The notes beneath the pieces are model-generated. The model did not search any database. It was given only the letters and a program-made list of their open reading frames with translations, and had not been told where the DNA came from. Shown here piece by piece: positions 21,646 through 31,292 of a stretch of 64,000 bases of DNA. The stretch's first letter is position 1. The number at the start of each line of letters is the position of its first letter. A program made the translations under genes and the position numbers. The stretch comes from Oligoflexia bacterium (GTDB lineage: Bacteria; Bdellovibrionota; UBA1018): positions 3,956-67,955 of the forward strand of contig JBKCVM010000147.1 of assembly GCA_046317855.1 (NCBI GenBank). Direction: 5' to 3'.

Positions 21646-21854
21646 ATGGATACTCCCATGGTTTCTTTGACCAGGCTCCGAAAGTCAGCCACCAGTTGGT
21701 CAAGGTCGGTAAATCGGTAGGGCAGCTCAGTGTCGTCGACATGAATATGCGGCCCCTTGGGGTGATGGTTGTCCATTAGGATCCGCTTGTTGCCCGCCTG
21801 ATCAATGCAAACAAGGCCCCACTTCAGTCCGTCCGGGTAACGCTCAGTGCCCAA
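21642..21854 (-). CDS. Small protein with HHP...PHIH motifs (70 aa, TTG start), possible DUF6516/TumE-like toxin-type component, possibly N-terminally truncated
   Basis: ILMDNHHPKGPHIHVDD. Only a TTG start is available, and an in-frame stop lies 8 codons upstream. Translationally coupled to the wHTH gene. Confidence 0.4.
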   Translation of the reverse strand: MGTERYPDGLKWGLVCIDQAGNKRILMDNHHPKGPHIHVDDTELPYRFTDLDQLVADFRSLVKETMGVSI

Positions 21855-21891
21855 AACCTCATGTATACGTCCGTGGGGTCAAATGGCGCGG

Positions 21892-23163
21892 CTAATGGCG
21901 CCACCGTCTGGGCCTGCTACGGCGCTGCTGGCCGGGTTGGGCATGGCCGTTGGGTCGTGCGGGAGCGGGCTTCGCTCCGGCCGGCGCAGATCGAGGGGCG
22001 GACGCAGCAGCCACCAGTGCCGGAGCTTTTCCGCCAATGAGCTTTTGGATGCGCCCCCACATTTCGCGGTCTTCGGGCCCGAGGATGCTCACGGCTTCGC
22101 CCTCGGCTCCGGCTCGCGCCGTGCGGCCGATGCGGTGCACGTAGTCTTCGGGGACCTGCGGCAGGTCGTAGTTGATCACATGTCCGATGTGCGAAATATC
22201 GAGTCCGCGTGCCGCGATATCAGTTGCAACGAGGATTCGAAACTCACCAGAGCGAAACCCGTCCATCGCGCGGTTGCGCTGGCCTTGGGTGCGATCGCCG
22301 TGGATTCTGGCAACGGGCAGGTTGTACTGCCCTAGAAATTTTGCCACGCGATCGGTGCGGTGCTTGGTGCGCGTAAAGATAATGATCGAGCCCGGGCGCT
22401 CGTTGATGAGGTCCAGCAGCACATCATTTTTGTTTGCGGGCTTACCTCCGGCCTTGGGCTGCGCCCCTAGCTGCACGATCGATTGCTGGATTTTTTCGAC
22501 CGGACGCGAGACGGCGCCAATCGACACGCGCGTGGGCTGGTGGAGCATCTGCACGGCAAGTTTTTCGATTTCTGGGGCAAGAGTCGCTGAAAAGAGCAGG
22601 GTCTGCCTCTTTTTTGGAAGGTGCCTCAGGATCTGATTGAGCTGCGGTGCAAAGCCCATGTCGAGCATGCGGTCTGCTTCATCCAGGACCAGCGTGGACA
22701 CGTGCGACAGGTTGACGCCGCGCTCCTTGAGGTGGTCGCAGAGTCGGCCCGGAGTGGCGATGATGATCTGGGGGCGTGACATCAGCGCGCGAGTCTGCTT
22801 GTGCATCGGGGCCCCTCCGATGATGAGTGCAGCCTTGATCTGAGGGCAGAACTGCGCAAGTTCGCCCAGCACTTCGGTGACCTGTTGCGCCAGCTCACGA
22901 GTGGGAACCAAAATGAGCGCCGAAGGACCTAAGGGCTTCTGCTGCTCCAAAAGGTGCGTGATCAGCGGAATTCCAAATGCTGCTGTCTTGCCCGTGCCCG
23001 TCTGTGCGCAGGCAATCAGGTCGTGCCCCTCGAGGGCCACCGGAATGGACTGGGCTTGTACGGGAGTGGGGATTTTGAATTCCATGGCATGGAGTGCACG
23101 GTTCAGGCGCTCAGGAAGTTCGAGGGAGTCAAAAGAGGTCAGCGGGGAAGAGTTGGTAGTCAT
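21892..23163 (-). CDS. DEAD-box ATP-dependent RNA helicase
   Basis: Q motif (PTPVQ), Walker A AQTGTGKT, DEAD, SAT, and HRIGRTARAG motifs. Arg/Gly/Pro-rich C-terminal tail. Start ATG 23163 (MTTNSSPLTSFDSLEL) or GTG 23220. Confidence 0.85.
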   Translation of the reverse strand: MTTNSSPLTSFDSLELPERLNRALHAMEFKIPTPVQAQSIPVALEGHDLIACAQTGTGKTAAFGIPLITHLLEQQKPLGPSALILVPTRELAQQVTEVLGELAQFCPQIKAALIIGGAPMHKQTRALMSRPQIIIATPGRLCDHLKERGVNLSHVSTLVLDEADRMLDMGFAPQLNQILRHLPKKRQTLLFSATLAPEIEKLAVQMLHQPTRVSIGAVSRPVEKIQQSIVQLGAQPKAGGKPANKNDVLLDLINERPGSIIIFTRTKHRTDRVAKFLGQYNLPVARIHGDRTQGQRNRAMDGFRSGEFRILVATDIAARGLDISHIGHVINYDLPQVPEDYVHRIGRTARAGAEGEAVSILGPEDREMWGRIQKLIGGKAPALVAAASAPRSAPAGAKPAPARPNGHAQPGQQRRSRPRRWRH

Positions 23164-23418
23164 ATGAATTGGTCGGGTATAGCAGCGTTTGTGGGACAAA
23201 GATAGTCTGGTTTTCCACACTGACCAAACCGATCCCTGTTTTTGAACGAATCTTGGGCTCTCAAGCCCCGGTAGTTCAAAGTTCAGATCAATGCTCAGGC
23301 CTAAATTATTGCTTCATAGGGGCAGGGAGCAGTTCAGGATTTTCACTTGCTGCCCGCAGCCGCCAAAGGTACCACCGCCGTCAACTATCTCCTGATCTAA
23401 AATAGGAACTTTTTTTCG

Positions 23419-24423
23419 ATGTCATTACTCACTAAAGCGGTTGCACCTTTTTTGTTTAGTATTGCGCTTGCTCCTATGGCTCATGCTGCGCCGGCCCCGT
23501 CATTATCTAATGTCGGGCCTGGAGTTGGATCTGGATCTTCAAGCCTGCCTCCCAGCTCGTCCGGAACCTCGATGGGAACTTCAACCTCGTCGCGTCCGAC
23601 GTCGGGCATCGGCCGATTCTTGGGCTTGAGCTATATGTCTTTTTTCAATGGCCCAGCCCTCAACGGAGATTTTTGGAAAAGTCCGGGCGCCACGGGCCGG
23701 CCGAGTGATTTGGGTTGGACGCTCAATAACAACGCGTCCGTTAAGTATAAGTTTAGTCAAAATTATGCCTTCGATGTGCAGTTTCGTTTTCAGGGGGTGC
23801 TGTCCAATCAATTTGGTGCTCGCTGGCAGGGTGCGCGTGTCGGGATTTCAGGTCTCTTAGGCAGAATCGAAGCGCAGAGTTTTCAGCTGATTTGGACCGG
23901 TGCCGTTAATACCGACGTTCCAGGAATGGGCCAGATCAATCAGGACCGTACCGTGATCATGAATCCCGGGCTCTTTTCAAATCTCACGGTGCGTCCGCGA
24001 GGAAGTCGCTGGTCTTTGTACACTTTCTTGTCGCCCAGAGTATTTCTCTACCGAGATAACCTCGCAATGGAGCCTCAGGCAGCCATGATGGGCATGAACC
24101 CCGGCGATAAGCCGCAGATCGCGTTTTTTGCGATTCCTTCGGTAAACTACGACATCTCTGAAAACACTGCTCTGCGTTCAGGCATCACGATCAACATTTC
24201 TAAGAATGCAAACTCATCCAGCTTTCGCCGGTGGTTTGCGCCGATCGACTTTGGAATCTCTCACAAGTTCAATCAAGCTCTGAGCATCTATCCCAACGTT
24301 TCGGTATCAGGGCCCTGGGATGATGGCATTAGGCAGGACATGGCAGCCCGGCGGGGGAGCTCGGTCATGGATTGGACCAAGACAGCGAGCGTGGGCCTCT
24401 GGCTCAGCGGAACTATCCTATAA
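23419..24423 (+). CDS. Secreted or outer-membrane protein with Ser/Gly-rich N-terminal linker and probable beta-barrel
   Basis: Signal peptide ...PMAHA; low-complexity SSSLPPSSSGTSMGTSTSS; alternating hydrophobic beta-strand pattern; C-terminal aromatic residue. Confidence 0.45.
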   Translation: MSLLTKAVAPFLFSIALAPMAHAAPAPSLSNVGPGVGSGSSSLPPSSSGTSMGTSTSSRPTSGIGRFLGLSYMSFFNGPALNGDFWKSPGATGRPSDLGWTLNNNASVKYKFSQNYAFDVQFRFQGVLSNQFGARWQGARVGISGLLGRIEAQSFQLIWTGAVNTDVPGMGQINQDRTVIMNPGLFSNLTVRPRGSRWSLYTFLSPRVFLYRDNLAMEPQAAMMGMNPGDKPQIAFFAIPSVNYDISENTALRSGITINISKNANSSSFRRWFAPIDFGISHKFNQALSIYPNVSVSGPWDDGIRQDMAARRGSSVMDWTKTASVGLWLSGTIL

Positions 24424-24452
24424 TAAAGAGCAGTTGGATTTGAGGGGTCAAT

Positions 24453-24530
<78 letters not shown>

Positions 24531-24561
24531 TTTTATCTATCCGGAGAACACTAGGGCGTAT

Positions 24562-26292
24562 CTAGGGAGTATCTATGAAGGGTGCGGTGTAACCTTCGCG
24601 CGCAAGGGCTTCGCGAATTAGTGAGACATGGTCTTGGCTAAATGAGCGCTCTGAGCGAGTTCTCAAAAAGACGCCGACCGATGCTGGCCCTCTTTCTCTA
24701 GGGCGAAAGTCGATCGCAATCAGTGTTTCATTTAGTTGCTCTCTCGAGACGAAACCTTTCATTGTCCTGCGTAGTAGCTTTTCGAGTCTTTCGGCCTCGA
24801 CAATGAGGCTCGAGCGCAGCTCTGTGGGAATCATTGCCGGGGTCATGGCCGGGGTTATGGCTTCTGGTCCTTCATAAATCGACGGTACAAACGTAATTCT
24901 AAAGCTATCTGGGGGGGCCTGAGCCATTAAGTTCGTCAAAAAGACCTTCTTGTCGTCATCGTTGAGGGGGCGCTGAGGCATAAAGATGCCATCATCACCA
25001 AAAAAGGAGGCGCCCTTTTGGCTTGGAAAAGTCTGCTCAATGGCAGCATCAAAGCTACGCTTAGTGGCTTCAAAGTGGAGCGTTGCTTTGACTTCACCTG
25101 CGCGAACTGCGCGGATCGTTGCACTTAGGTCTTGCCCGTAAGTATCTGCTAGCGCGCGAGCGGTTTGCTCTATATTGCGCGCGTTCTGCCCTTTTATATC
25201 AGCCGATATGATGCCGAGCTGCGCCTGGGAGAGATCGACCCCTTGGTGCTTTTCGATGAAGATCCCAGGCGAGAACTGATCGATCTCAGCCAAGTAGTTT
25301 TGAAGTCGAAGCGCTTGGTCAGAGCTCAGTCGTAGGCCAAAGGCCTTTTCAAAATCGGTCTGCAGCGAGGCAGTGAAACGATCGGGCGTGGTACTTTCGG
25401 GGGCAACTTTGCGAATGACTTCGATTGCTTCGGCCGAAAGGGTTTGAGCACCACTGCCATCGGTTGATGTTGGAGTCAGTGCGCCCGGGACTGTGCGCAG
25501 AAATTGGATAATTTCTTTTCGGTGGGCCTCACTCTGGGCTGCAGCTGCGCTGAGTGTCTGTCTCACATCTCCAAAGTACTGGATCGGGGGAGGTGTGTTG
25601 CTTTGGATTTGTTTTCTTGCCTGGCGGGCTGCCAGCCCCGCTTCGTCCGGGGTGCTGCCCATTCCACCAAGAAACCAGGTAGAGGGGGCTCGTGCGACCT
25701 TTCTTTTTTCAGAACTCCAAATGGAGACGAGCCCCGGAGAGCGCAGTTCTTGCTCGAAAAGCTCGTTTGTTTTTTGAAGGAGCCGATCGAGCCTCTTCCG
25801 AAACTCGGGATCGCTCCTTTGATTGTTTCTCTGAAAGCAGAGCCGTACTGATTTGAAATCTGAATATTGTCCTAAAAGAGATTTTTGGAGCTCCGGGTCC
25901 TCTGAAAGGGCCTGCCACAAGAGAGACTTGTGGAGATTGGTGAGGGCAGTGACCAGATCCTTATCGCGGACCACACTGTCATTGAGCTCCTTCATCAGGG
26001 AGTTCTGAATATCGATAAAGAGGGCGCCAGGCGGCCCGTCTCCTTGGTTGGCCTTTTTAGAGAGTGCGATGAAGGCCCGATTGTCGGCCTCACCGATATC
26101 AGGGAAGTTGCTAAAGTGACGGCGTAGCGTCACTGCGTTTAGCTGACGGGGATGGGTCTGAACGGCGCGGTTAGCACCAAGGCGACTGAAGTAGGACTCA
26201 CAGCTAGTTCGGAGCTGCGCATGGACAGAGGGAGTTGCCCCCGGGAGCAGAAAGGCGGCGAGGACCCCAAAATGAATCAGCCAAGATTTCAT
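24562..26292 (-). CDS. Secreted hypothetical protein (about 575 aa)
   Basis: Signal peptide MKSWLIHFGVLAAFLLPGATPSVHAQ and no recognisable catalytic motif. The ORF-track start at 26343 is a likely extension. Confidence 0.45.
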   Translation of the reverse strand: MKSWLIHFGVLAAFLLPGATPSVHAQLRTSCESYFSRLGANRAVQTHPRQLNAVTLRRHFSNFPDIGEADNRAFIALSKKANQGDGPPGALFIDIQNSLMKELNDSVVRDKDLVTALTNLHKSLLWQALSEDPELQKSLLGQYSDFKSVRLCFQRNNQRSDPEFRKRLDRLLQKTNELFEQELRSPGLVSIWSSEKRKVARAPSTWFLGGMGSTPDEAGLAARQARKQIQSNTPPPIQYFGDVRQTLSAAAAQSEAHRKEIIQFLRTVPGALTPTSTDGSGAQTLSAEAIEVIRKVAPESTTPDRFTASLQTDFEKAFGLRLSSDQALRLQNYLAEIDQFSPGIFIEKHQGVDLSQAQLGIISADIKGQNARNIEQTARALADTYGQDLSATIRAVRAGEVKATLHFEATKRSFDAAIEQTFPSQKGASFFGDDGIFMPQRPLNDDDKKVFLTNLMAQAPPDSFRITFVPSIYEGPEAITPAMTPAMIPTELRSSLIVEAERLEKLLRRTMKGFVSREQLNETLIAIDFRPRERGPASVGVFLRTRSERSFSQDHVSLIREALAREGYTAPFIDTP

Positions 26293-26466
26293 TTCGGTGG
26301 CCTGATTGCAGGATTTCTCGCCAGATATCAAGGGCCGTATCATTAGGATTCTATTCGGTAAAAGAACAGAGCGGGTTCAGTTTTTCTAAACTGATTCAGA
26401 TCTCAGGATGGGTCTGAATTTTTGATTTCCGGCGCTTGAGAGTCCTAAATTCGGTCTAAAAGAGCC

Positions 26467-27279
26467 CTAGAGCGAACCCAGGGCCTCTAAAAACCGGTCG
26501 CCCACCCGCTCAAGCTCCTGTGGATGGGCCCGATAGTGCTCAGCGGCTGGGCCCGAGAGGATGAGGCCCGGCTCGGGCTTGAGTTCAATCGTCAATTGCG
26601 TGTCGCTTCGGGCTCCTAGCAATGCCTTGACGTTGGCAAAAACCGATAGGCCTCCGGGTTGAGCCACCGTGCCGTCAGGATTGAGTCTGGGACCAAAGAA
26701 AGTACCAAATACTGCGGGCTTGCCCTGCTGATCGCGCAAAAATACCTGTGAAACCATAAGGTCCGTCGGAAAGTTCTCGTCCACGGCCTTGATCAACGTT
26801 GCCATCCCCAACCAACGAAGACTTCGGATGTCGAGGTAAGCAAGAAACTGAGCGTTTCGAGAAAACGCCACTCCCGCGTTGACCTGAACTAGCGGCACAT
26901 CGGTTCCAAGCGGCATGCCGTTTGGCAGAGTGCTCGTGGGCTCCATTTGAACGTACTCGTTGTCGTAGAGCACGCTCATATTGAGATTGAAGCCAGCTTG
27001 AAAGGGTTGGGAACCCTGTACGAACGGGAGCGTGTAAAGAGTGCCATAATCTTTGATAGCAAATTCGTTCGAGAAATTGGCTCGCACTCGCTGGGTGAAC
27101 ACGAGAGAGACCTTGGCAGTGTTGAGGTCAGGAGAAATTTCAAAGACTGCTTTGTCGATATATTTTTTAGTGAACTTGCACCCTGAGCCGGTCAGGGCAA
27201 ACGAGGCCAGCAGGGCAGCAACTGCAAAAGATGCTAAGGGTGCGCAAGACTTAAAGGAGCGTAGAATTTTCATAGTCAT
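26467..27279 (-). CDS. Lipoprotein, hypothetical
   Basis: Signal peptide plus lipobox LTGSG|C after MTMKILRS. Start is trimmed from 27420 to avoid overlap with the upstream gene. Confidence 0.45.
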   Translation of the reverse strand: MTMKILRSFKSCAPLASFAVAALLASFALTGSGCKFTKKYIDKAVFEISPDLNTAKVSLVFTQRVRANFSNEFAIKDYGTLYTLPFVQGSQPFQAGFNLNMSVLYDNEYVQMEPTSTLPNGMPLGTDVPLVQVNAGVAFSRNAQFLAYLDIRSLRWLGMATLIKAVDENFPTDLMVSQVFLRDQQGKPAVFGTFFGPRLNPDGTVAQPGGLSVFANVKALLGARSDTQLTIELKPEPGLILSGPAAEHYRAHPQELERVGDRFLEALGSL

Positions 27280-27307
27280 AAAAGTATCTGGCCTGTGCCT
27301 TTTGTCG

Positions 27308-28147
27308 TCAATCGTGCTTTGGGGCTGCAGGAGCCGCGCCACGAACAAATGCGTCAACCTCACCCAGCACTTGTCGCAACGTGTCTTGAAGAGACGCAAA
27401 CTCTTGGGGCTTAGCCTCACGCGTTGATTCGTTCATGTAAAGCGCGCGATTTAGCTCGATTTGCACCGTGTGGTGCCCTTGGGCTGGCTTTCCGTAACGC
27501 TGTGTGATGCGACCGCCCTTGTACGGCCAATTAATCGAAACTCTTAATCCCGCTCTTGTAAAAGCCTGGACGATGAGAGCAACAAAATCGGGCCGCGAGG
27601 ATTTACCTTCAAAGTCTGAGATCACCACATCGGGTCGGCGAGCGCCGGTGTCGGCGTGGGCCGCAGTGCCCTGGCTGGGCATGCTATGGCAATCCAGGTG
27701 AAAAATCTGTCGCTTGGGGTCGTTGGCTCGGGCCTGGTTCACCAGTCGGGAGATTTCTAAATGAAATGGGTCATTGTAGAGCTCAATCAGCTTTTGGTGC
27801 AGCTCCATCGACAGAGGTGCATTGAGAATGGCCTGTCCTTGAGTGGTCTTGGCCCAGTGAAAGCCCTTGGTGTGAGTGCCCTCGACGAGCGGTGCACCTT
27901 GGACAGTGCCCGCATCAATATCATCGGGCGTTCTGTTGAGGTCCACTGCGTACCGGTGAGCTCGCGCGACCACGTTTGCAACTTTGAATTCTTGTAGGGC
28001 GGGAGCAAAAAGGCGGTCGACAAAGCGGTCGACATCCATCAGCAAAACCGATGGCGAAAGAGATTTGAGCCAAAAGGCCTCAGGCGGGATCCACTCGCCC
28101 GAGTGAGGAATGGTTGCGATCAGCGTTGCCGGCACGGCCTGCTGCAT
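27308..28147 (-). CDS. N-formylglutamate amidohydrolase family (HutG-like zinc hydrolase)
   Basis: IPHSGEWIP N-terminal motif, HSMP motif, and overall FGase-family layout. Confidence 0.55.
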   Translation of the reverse strand: MQQAVPATLIATIPHSGEWIPPEAFWLKSLSPSVLLMDVDRFVDRLFAPALQEFKVANVVARAHRYAVDLNRTPDDIDAGTVQGAPLVEGTHTKGFHWAKTTQGQAILNAPLSMELHQKLIELYNDPFHLEISRLVNQARANDPKRQIFHLDCHSMPSQGTAAHADTGARRPDVVISDFEGKSSRPDFVALIVQAFTRAGLRVSINWPYKGGRITQRYGKPAQGHHTVQIELNRALYMNESTREAKPQEFASLQDTLRQVLGEVDAFVRGAAPAAPKHD

Positions 28148-28197
28148 AGCCTTTAGGCTAGCGCAAACAGAGCCGTGCCGGCCACGAAAAACCCTCT

Positions 28198-28950
28198 CTA
28201 CTTAATCTCGATCACTTTGTTAATGGCTTGTCCGTTCAATGAGCGAACATGAAATAAGGTTTGGCCTTTCCACGGGGACTTAAAAGGCACCTGTCGCTCA
28301 AAAGGGACGAGATTCTGAACACAAGAGGTAGCGCCCGGATGAGTCACTTCAGCAACCGGAAGCACCTCGACAATATTAGCCTTACGCGCCAGGATTTGGA
28401 TCTCTTTGAGTTTGACGCAGTCGCCCGGGAGTTTGCCCTTTAGAGTCACGGTCCCATTCTCGTAACTGAAGTCATCTACGATGGCGTAAAATTTTTCATC
28501 CGGGCTGTTTGGAGATTCTCCCGGTGTCTCTCGTGCGCGAGAAATAGGCATCAGACCGAACTCTTTTTCTTTGGCTTGATCGGTCCGGATTTTGACTGAG
28601 TAATTGCCGGCAGGCAGCATCCCCACATCCACGACCGAAGTGTAAGGGATCATCACTTGTAAGCACCAAGGGGTGTCTAGAACATACGCTTGCTGAGTCA
28701 CGTGAATCGTGCGGGTCTCATGCTCGACTTCGGCTTTGGTGGGGCCCACTTTGAAGCAAGTGTTGATGAAGCTTCCGCTTAAAACGACTTGAGCGTGGTC
28801 ATTGGAGTCAAAGCCGGGAGGTGCAAAGACGGCTTCAGGAATATCTCGGATGATAGATACGCCGCCCTGTGCAAAGGCCAACGGAGCAGCGGCTGATGCG
28901 ACAGTGAGTGCAGTTGCCAGGCTAAAAAGTTTTTTTGAGAGGGTCTTCAT
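28198..28950 (-). CDS. Secreted hypothetical protein
   Basis: Strong RBS AAAGGAGA; signal peptide MKTLSKKLFSLATALTVASAAAPLAFAQ. Confidence 0.45.
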   Translation of the reverse strand: MKTLSKKLFSLATALTVASAAAPLAFAQGGVSIIRDIPEAVFAPPGFDSNDHAQVVLSGSFINTCFKVGPTKAEVEHETRTIHVTQQAYVLDTPWCLQVMIPYTSVVDVGMLPAGNYSVKIRTDQAKEKEFGLMPISRARETPGESPNSPDEKFYAIVDDFSYENGTVTLKGKLPGDCVKLKEIQILARKANIVEVLPVAEVTHPGATSCVQNLVPFERQVPFKSPWKGQTLFHVRSLNGQAINKVIEIK

Positions 28951-29155
28951 GAGCGATTCTCCTTTGATGGACAGCTGATATACCGCGTGAATAGCAGGCG
29001 GCATGCCAAAGGGAAAGAACTTGGATCATTTCAAGTGTGTTTCGAAAACACCTGCAGATAGGCTCATTTTTGAAGAGGGACCCCAAAGAGCCCATCCTTT
29101 GATCAAGGGCGGGCGAGGCACCTTGACTCACGGGTTGGGCTTTTTTGTCTCGGGC

Positions 29156-29860
29156 TCACGCCGCACGATCTGCACTCTCGCCTGATGCCTCGATCCACTT
29201 GCCAAGAGCTTCGAGAGAAGCGGATGCGACTTGCCCAAACGCTATTCGAGAACGCGCTGCGCCAGGGCGATCAGACTCAGTGAGTACTGAGCCAGTAAAG
29301 ACAAACTTATTGGTGGAGTTGGGCTCCGAGAGAAAAATAGTGCACTCCGCTCCAATTAAGTGTTCTGGGATAGCGCGTTCGAGCGCCATGCCACCCATCG
29401 AGATATTTTTGGTGAAGGTTCGAAAAGCATGTTTGTCAGAAATCAGGACAACCTGAAGTTTGATGTTTTTGCGGGGATACTGGCGACGATCGGCCCAGCT
29501 TCTTCTGTCCACACCAGCGCCTCGCCTTTCGCCATCTGATGGAGTGACAGGGCGAGCTTGCCCCAGTGAGCGGACTTGCCCCGCTGAGGGATCGAGAGCA
29601 ACTGTGAGATACTTCTCGAGCCAAGCGATTTGAGCGGACGACATTGCCAGCTCATTGGGAATGGGTGGAAGGCCAAACTTTCGTAACTTGAATGCCGGAA
29701 TCTCAGCACAAGAAAACCACTCTGGCCGGTCCGAGCGGCAAGCCAGCCAGCGCGTCAGCTCTACGGGCTCAAGAGCCGACAGAAAATTGACGAGCTCAGC
29801 ATCGGTGAGCTGTTCTCTCATCTCTCCTGTGGCCGAGTTTTTAGCGCTCCAATAGAGCAT
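29156..29860 (-). CDS. PilZ-domain protein (c-di-GMP receptor-like), about 235 aa
   Basis: C-terminal PilZ signature RRQYPRKNIKLQ ... NISMGGMAL (RxxxR ... D/NxSxGG). Start ATG at 29860 with RBS AAGGAG 12 nt upstream. The longer ORF-track version would overlap the divergent OMP gene by 320 bp. Confidence 0.55.
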   Translation of the reverse strand: MLYWSAKNSATGEMREQLTDAELVNFLSALEPVELTRWLACRSDRPEWFSCAEIPAFKLRKFGLPPIPNELAMSSAQIAWLEKYLTVALDPSAGQVRSLGQARPVTPSDGERRGAGVDRRSWADRRQYPRKNIKLQVVLISDKHAFRTFTKNISMGGMALERAIPEHLIGAECTIFLSEPNSTNKFVFTGSVLTESDRPGAARSRIAFGQVASASLEALGKWIEASGESADRAA

Positions 29861-29930
29861 GAGCAGCGCAATCTCCTTAGTCACTGTTTCGGCATGCAGG
29901 CCAGAAATTTTGAGGCTATCCTTAGAAGTA

Positions 29931-30614
29931 ATGCGGAACCATGGAAGGTGCAGTCTATTTTCGATTATTCTTTTCTTGGCGCTTTGCGCGAGCACACTGA
30001 CTTCGAGTGCTAATCCAGCGCAGGAGGCGCTTGAACGGGATGCCCCCGTGGTTTTCAAAGACATGGGAGTGGTCCAGAACAAGGCAATGAACAAGGGGGG
30101 ACGCTTTCTCTTTGCCCCAGCTTTTTCGTTCGATTTCTCGGATGGTCCGTACACTATGTATTCTGTGGGTGCACGCATCGGTTATGCGCTTTCTGATTTT
30201 TGGGAAGTGTACCTCGTTGCAAATCCCAAATTTATTGCCAACAAGCGCGGGTTCTTCAGTTCTCTCGAAAGAATCACTGCCAATAACAACATTGATTTAG
30301 ATTTAGAGGGCTCCATCGCTCAGGGTGAGTACGGCATACAGCTGCTCTGGGCGCCTTTATACGGCAAGGACAGCCTAGGTATTTCTCGAATTTTGCGCAG
30401 TGATACTTTCCTTCGCTTTGGGGCCTCCCGCATTGCCTATGACGGAGCCTTTGGAGTCAAGTTGGGTCTAGGTATCGGAAAGACCTTCTTTCTCTCTAAG
30501 TGGGCGGGGCTGAGGGCGATCGTTGAGACCTCACTTACCCAGACGATCTACTCAGGGGTGAAAGAGTTCACGCCGATCACTTACGTTGAATCCGGGCTGG
30601 TGTTTTATCTGTAA
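29931..30614 (+). CDS. Small outer-membrane beta-barrel protein (OmpA-N/OmpW-like barrel, about 227 aa)
   Basis: Signal peptide MRNHGRCSLFSIILFLALCASTLTSSA; alternating amphipathic strands; C-terminal ...GLVFYL aromatic terminus. Confidence 0.5.
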   Translation: MRNHGRCSLFSIILFLALCASTLTSSANPAQEALERDAPVVFKDMGVVQNKAMNKGGRFLFAPAFSFDFSDGPYTMYSVGARIGYALSDFWEVYLVANPKFIANKRGFFSSLERITANNNIDLDLEGSIAQGEYGIQLLWAPLYGKDSLGISRILRSDTFLRFGASRIAYDGAFGVKLGLGIGKTFFLSKWAGLRAIVETSLTQTIYSGVKEFTPITYVESGLVFYL

Positions 30615-30638
30615 CCAAAATCTCAATTCGATGGAGCA

Positions 30639-31292
30639 ATGACTGTGAATCAAACGGGTGGCGTTTTTGAAGTCCTCATTCTGCATGGTGGAATCGGAAC
30701 CTGGCTGATCTTTGCCTCTGCTGCTGTTTTGATAGTGATCGGCGCGGAGAGGCTCTTTGCCCTATTTGTCGGGCTTTCATTTCGAACAAACGCCGCTGTT
30801 GAGCAGATTCGTTCTGCGATCTTGGCGCATAACTACACAGATGCGATTCAGGTCTGTAATGCTAAGGCTGCCGCACCCGATCTCCAAGTCGTCAAGGCCG
30901 CGCTCATGGCTGCCGAAAACGGTAGGGAGGCCATGCGCGCATCGCTGGGGGCGTCGCTCCTTGAGGTCACGCATCGGTGTGAAGCCAGGTTGTCTTACAT
31001 TGCTCTCCTTGCCAACGTAGCCACATTGCTTGGGCTTTTTGGAACCATCACGGGTTTGATCAAGACTTTCTCCGCGATGGCCAATGCCGATCCCAGCGAT
31101 AAGGCGCGACTGCTCGGAATGGGGATCTCAGAAGCGATGTACGCAACAGCTGCAGGTCTTGCGGTGGGGATCGCAGCGATGGTGGTTCATACTCTCTGTA
31201 CTGCCAAGGCTGACTCGATTGTTGGGCAGGCTCAAGATGTCGGCTTTAAAGTCATGACTTGGATTGAGCAGGCCGAGCGCAAGCATGGATGA
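30639..31292 (+). CDS. MotA/TolQ/ExbB family proton-channel protein (AglR-like)
   Basis: Three TM helices; conserved C-terminal LLGLFGTITGLIKTF...GISEAMYATAAGLAVGI. Confidence 0.8.
   Translation: MTVNQTGGVFEVLILHGGIGTWLIFASAAVLIVIGAERLFALFVGLSFRTNAAVEQIRSAILAHNYTDAIQVCNAKAAAPDLQVVKAALMAAENGREAMRASLGASLLEVTHRCEARLSYIALLANVATLLGLFGTITGLIKTFSAMANADPSDKARLLGMGISEAMYATAAGLAVGIAAMVVHTLCTAKADSIVGQAQDVGFKVMTWIEQAERKHG

Noticed and set aside
21205-21670. Plus-strand ORFs 21205-21441 and 21458-21670 opposite the TA-like pair
   Set aside because: The first overlaps the ahpF 3' end in another frame. Neither has motifs, whereas the minus-strand pair shows an HTH and ATGA coupling.
29003-29185. 60-aa ORF in the gap between the 28198-28950 gene and the PilZ gene
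   Set aside because: No RBS and no motif. It lies in a probable promoter/terminator region, and its Gly/Arg-rich composition is typical of random GC-rich frames.
29860-30178. Longer N-terminal extension of the PilZ ORF (to 30178) and of the barrel ORF (from 29859)
   Set aside because: The two extensions would overlap antisense by about 320 bp. Internal ATGs with a good RBS (29860) or a signal peptide (29931) give a clean 70-bp divergent promoter region instead.
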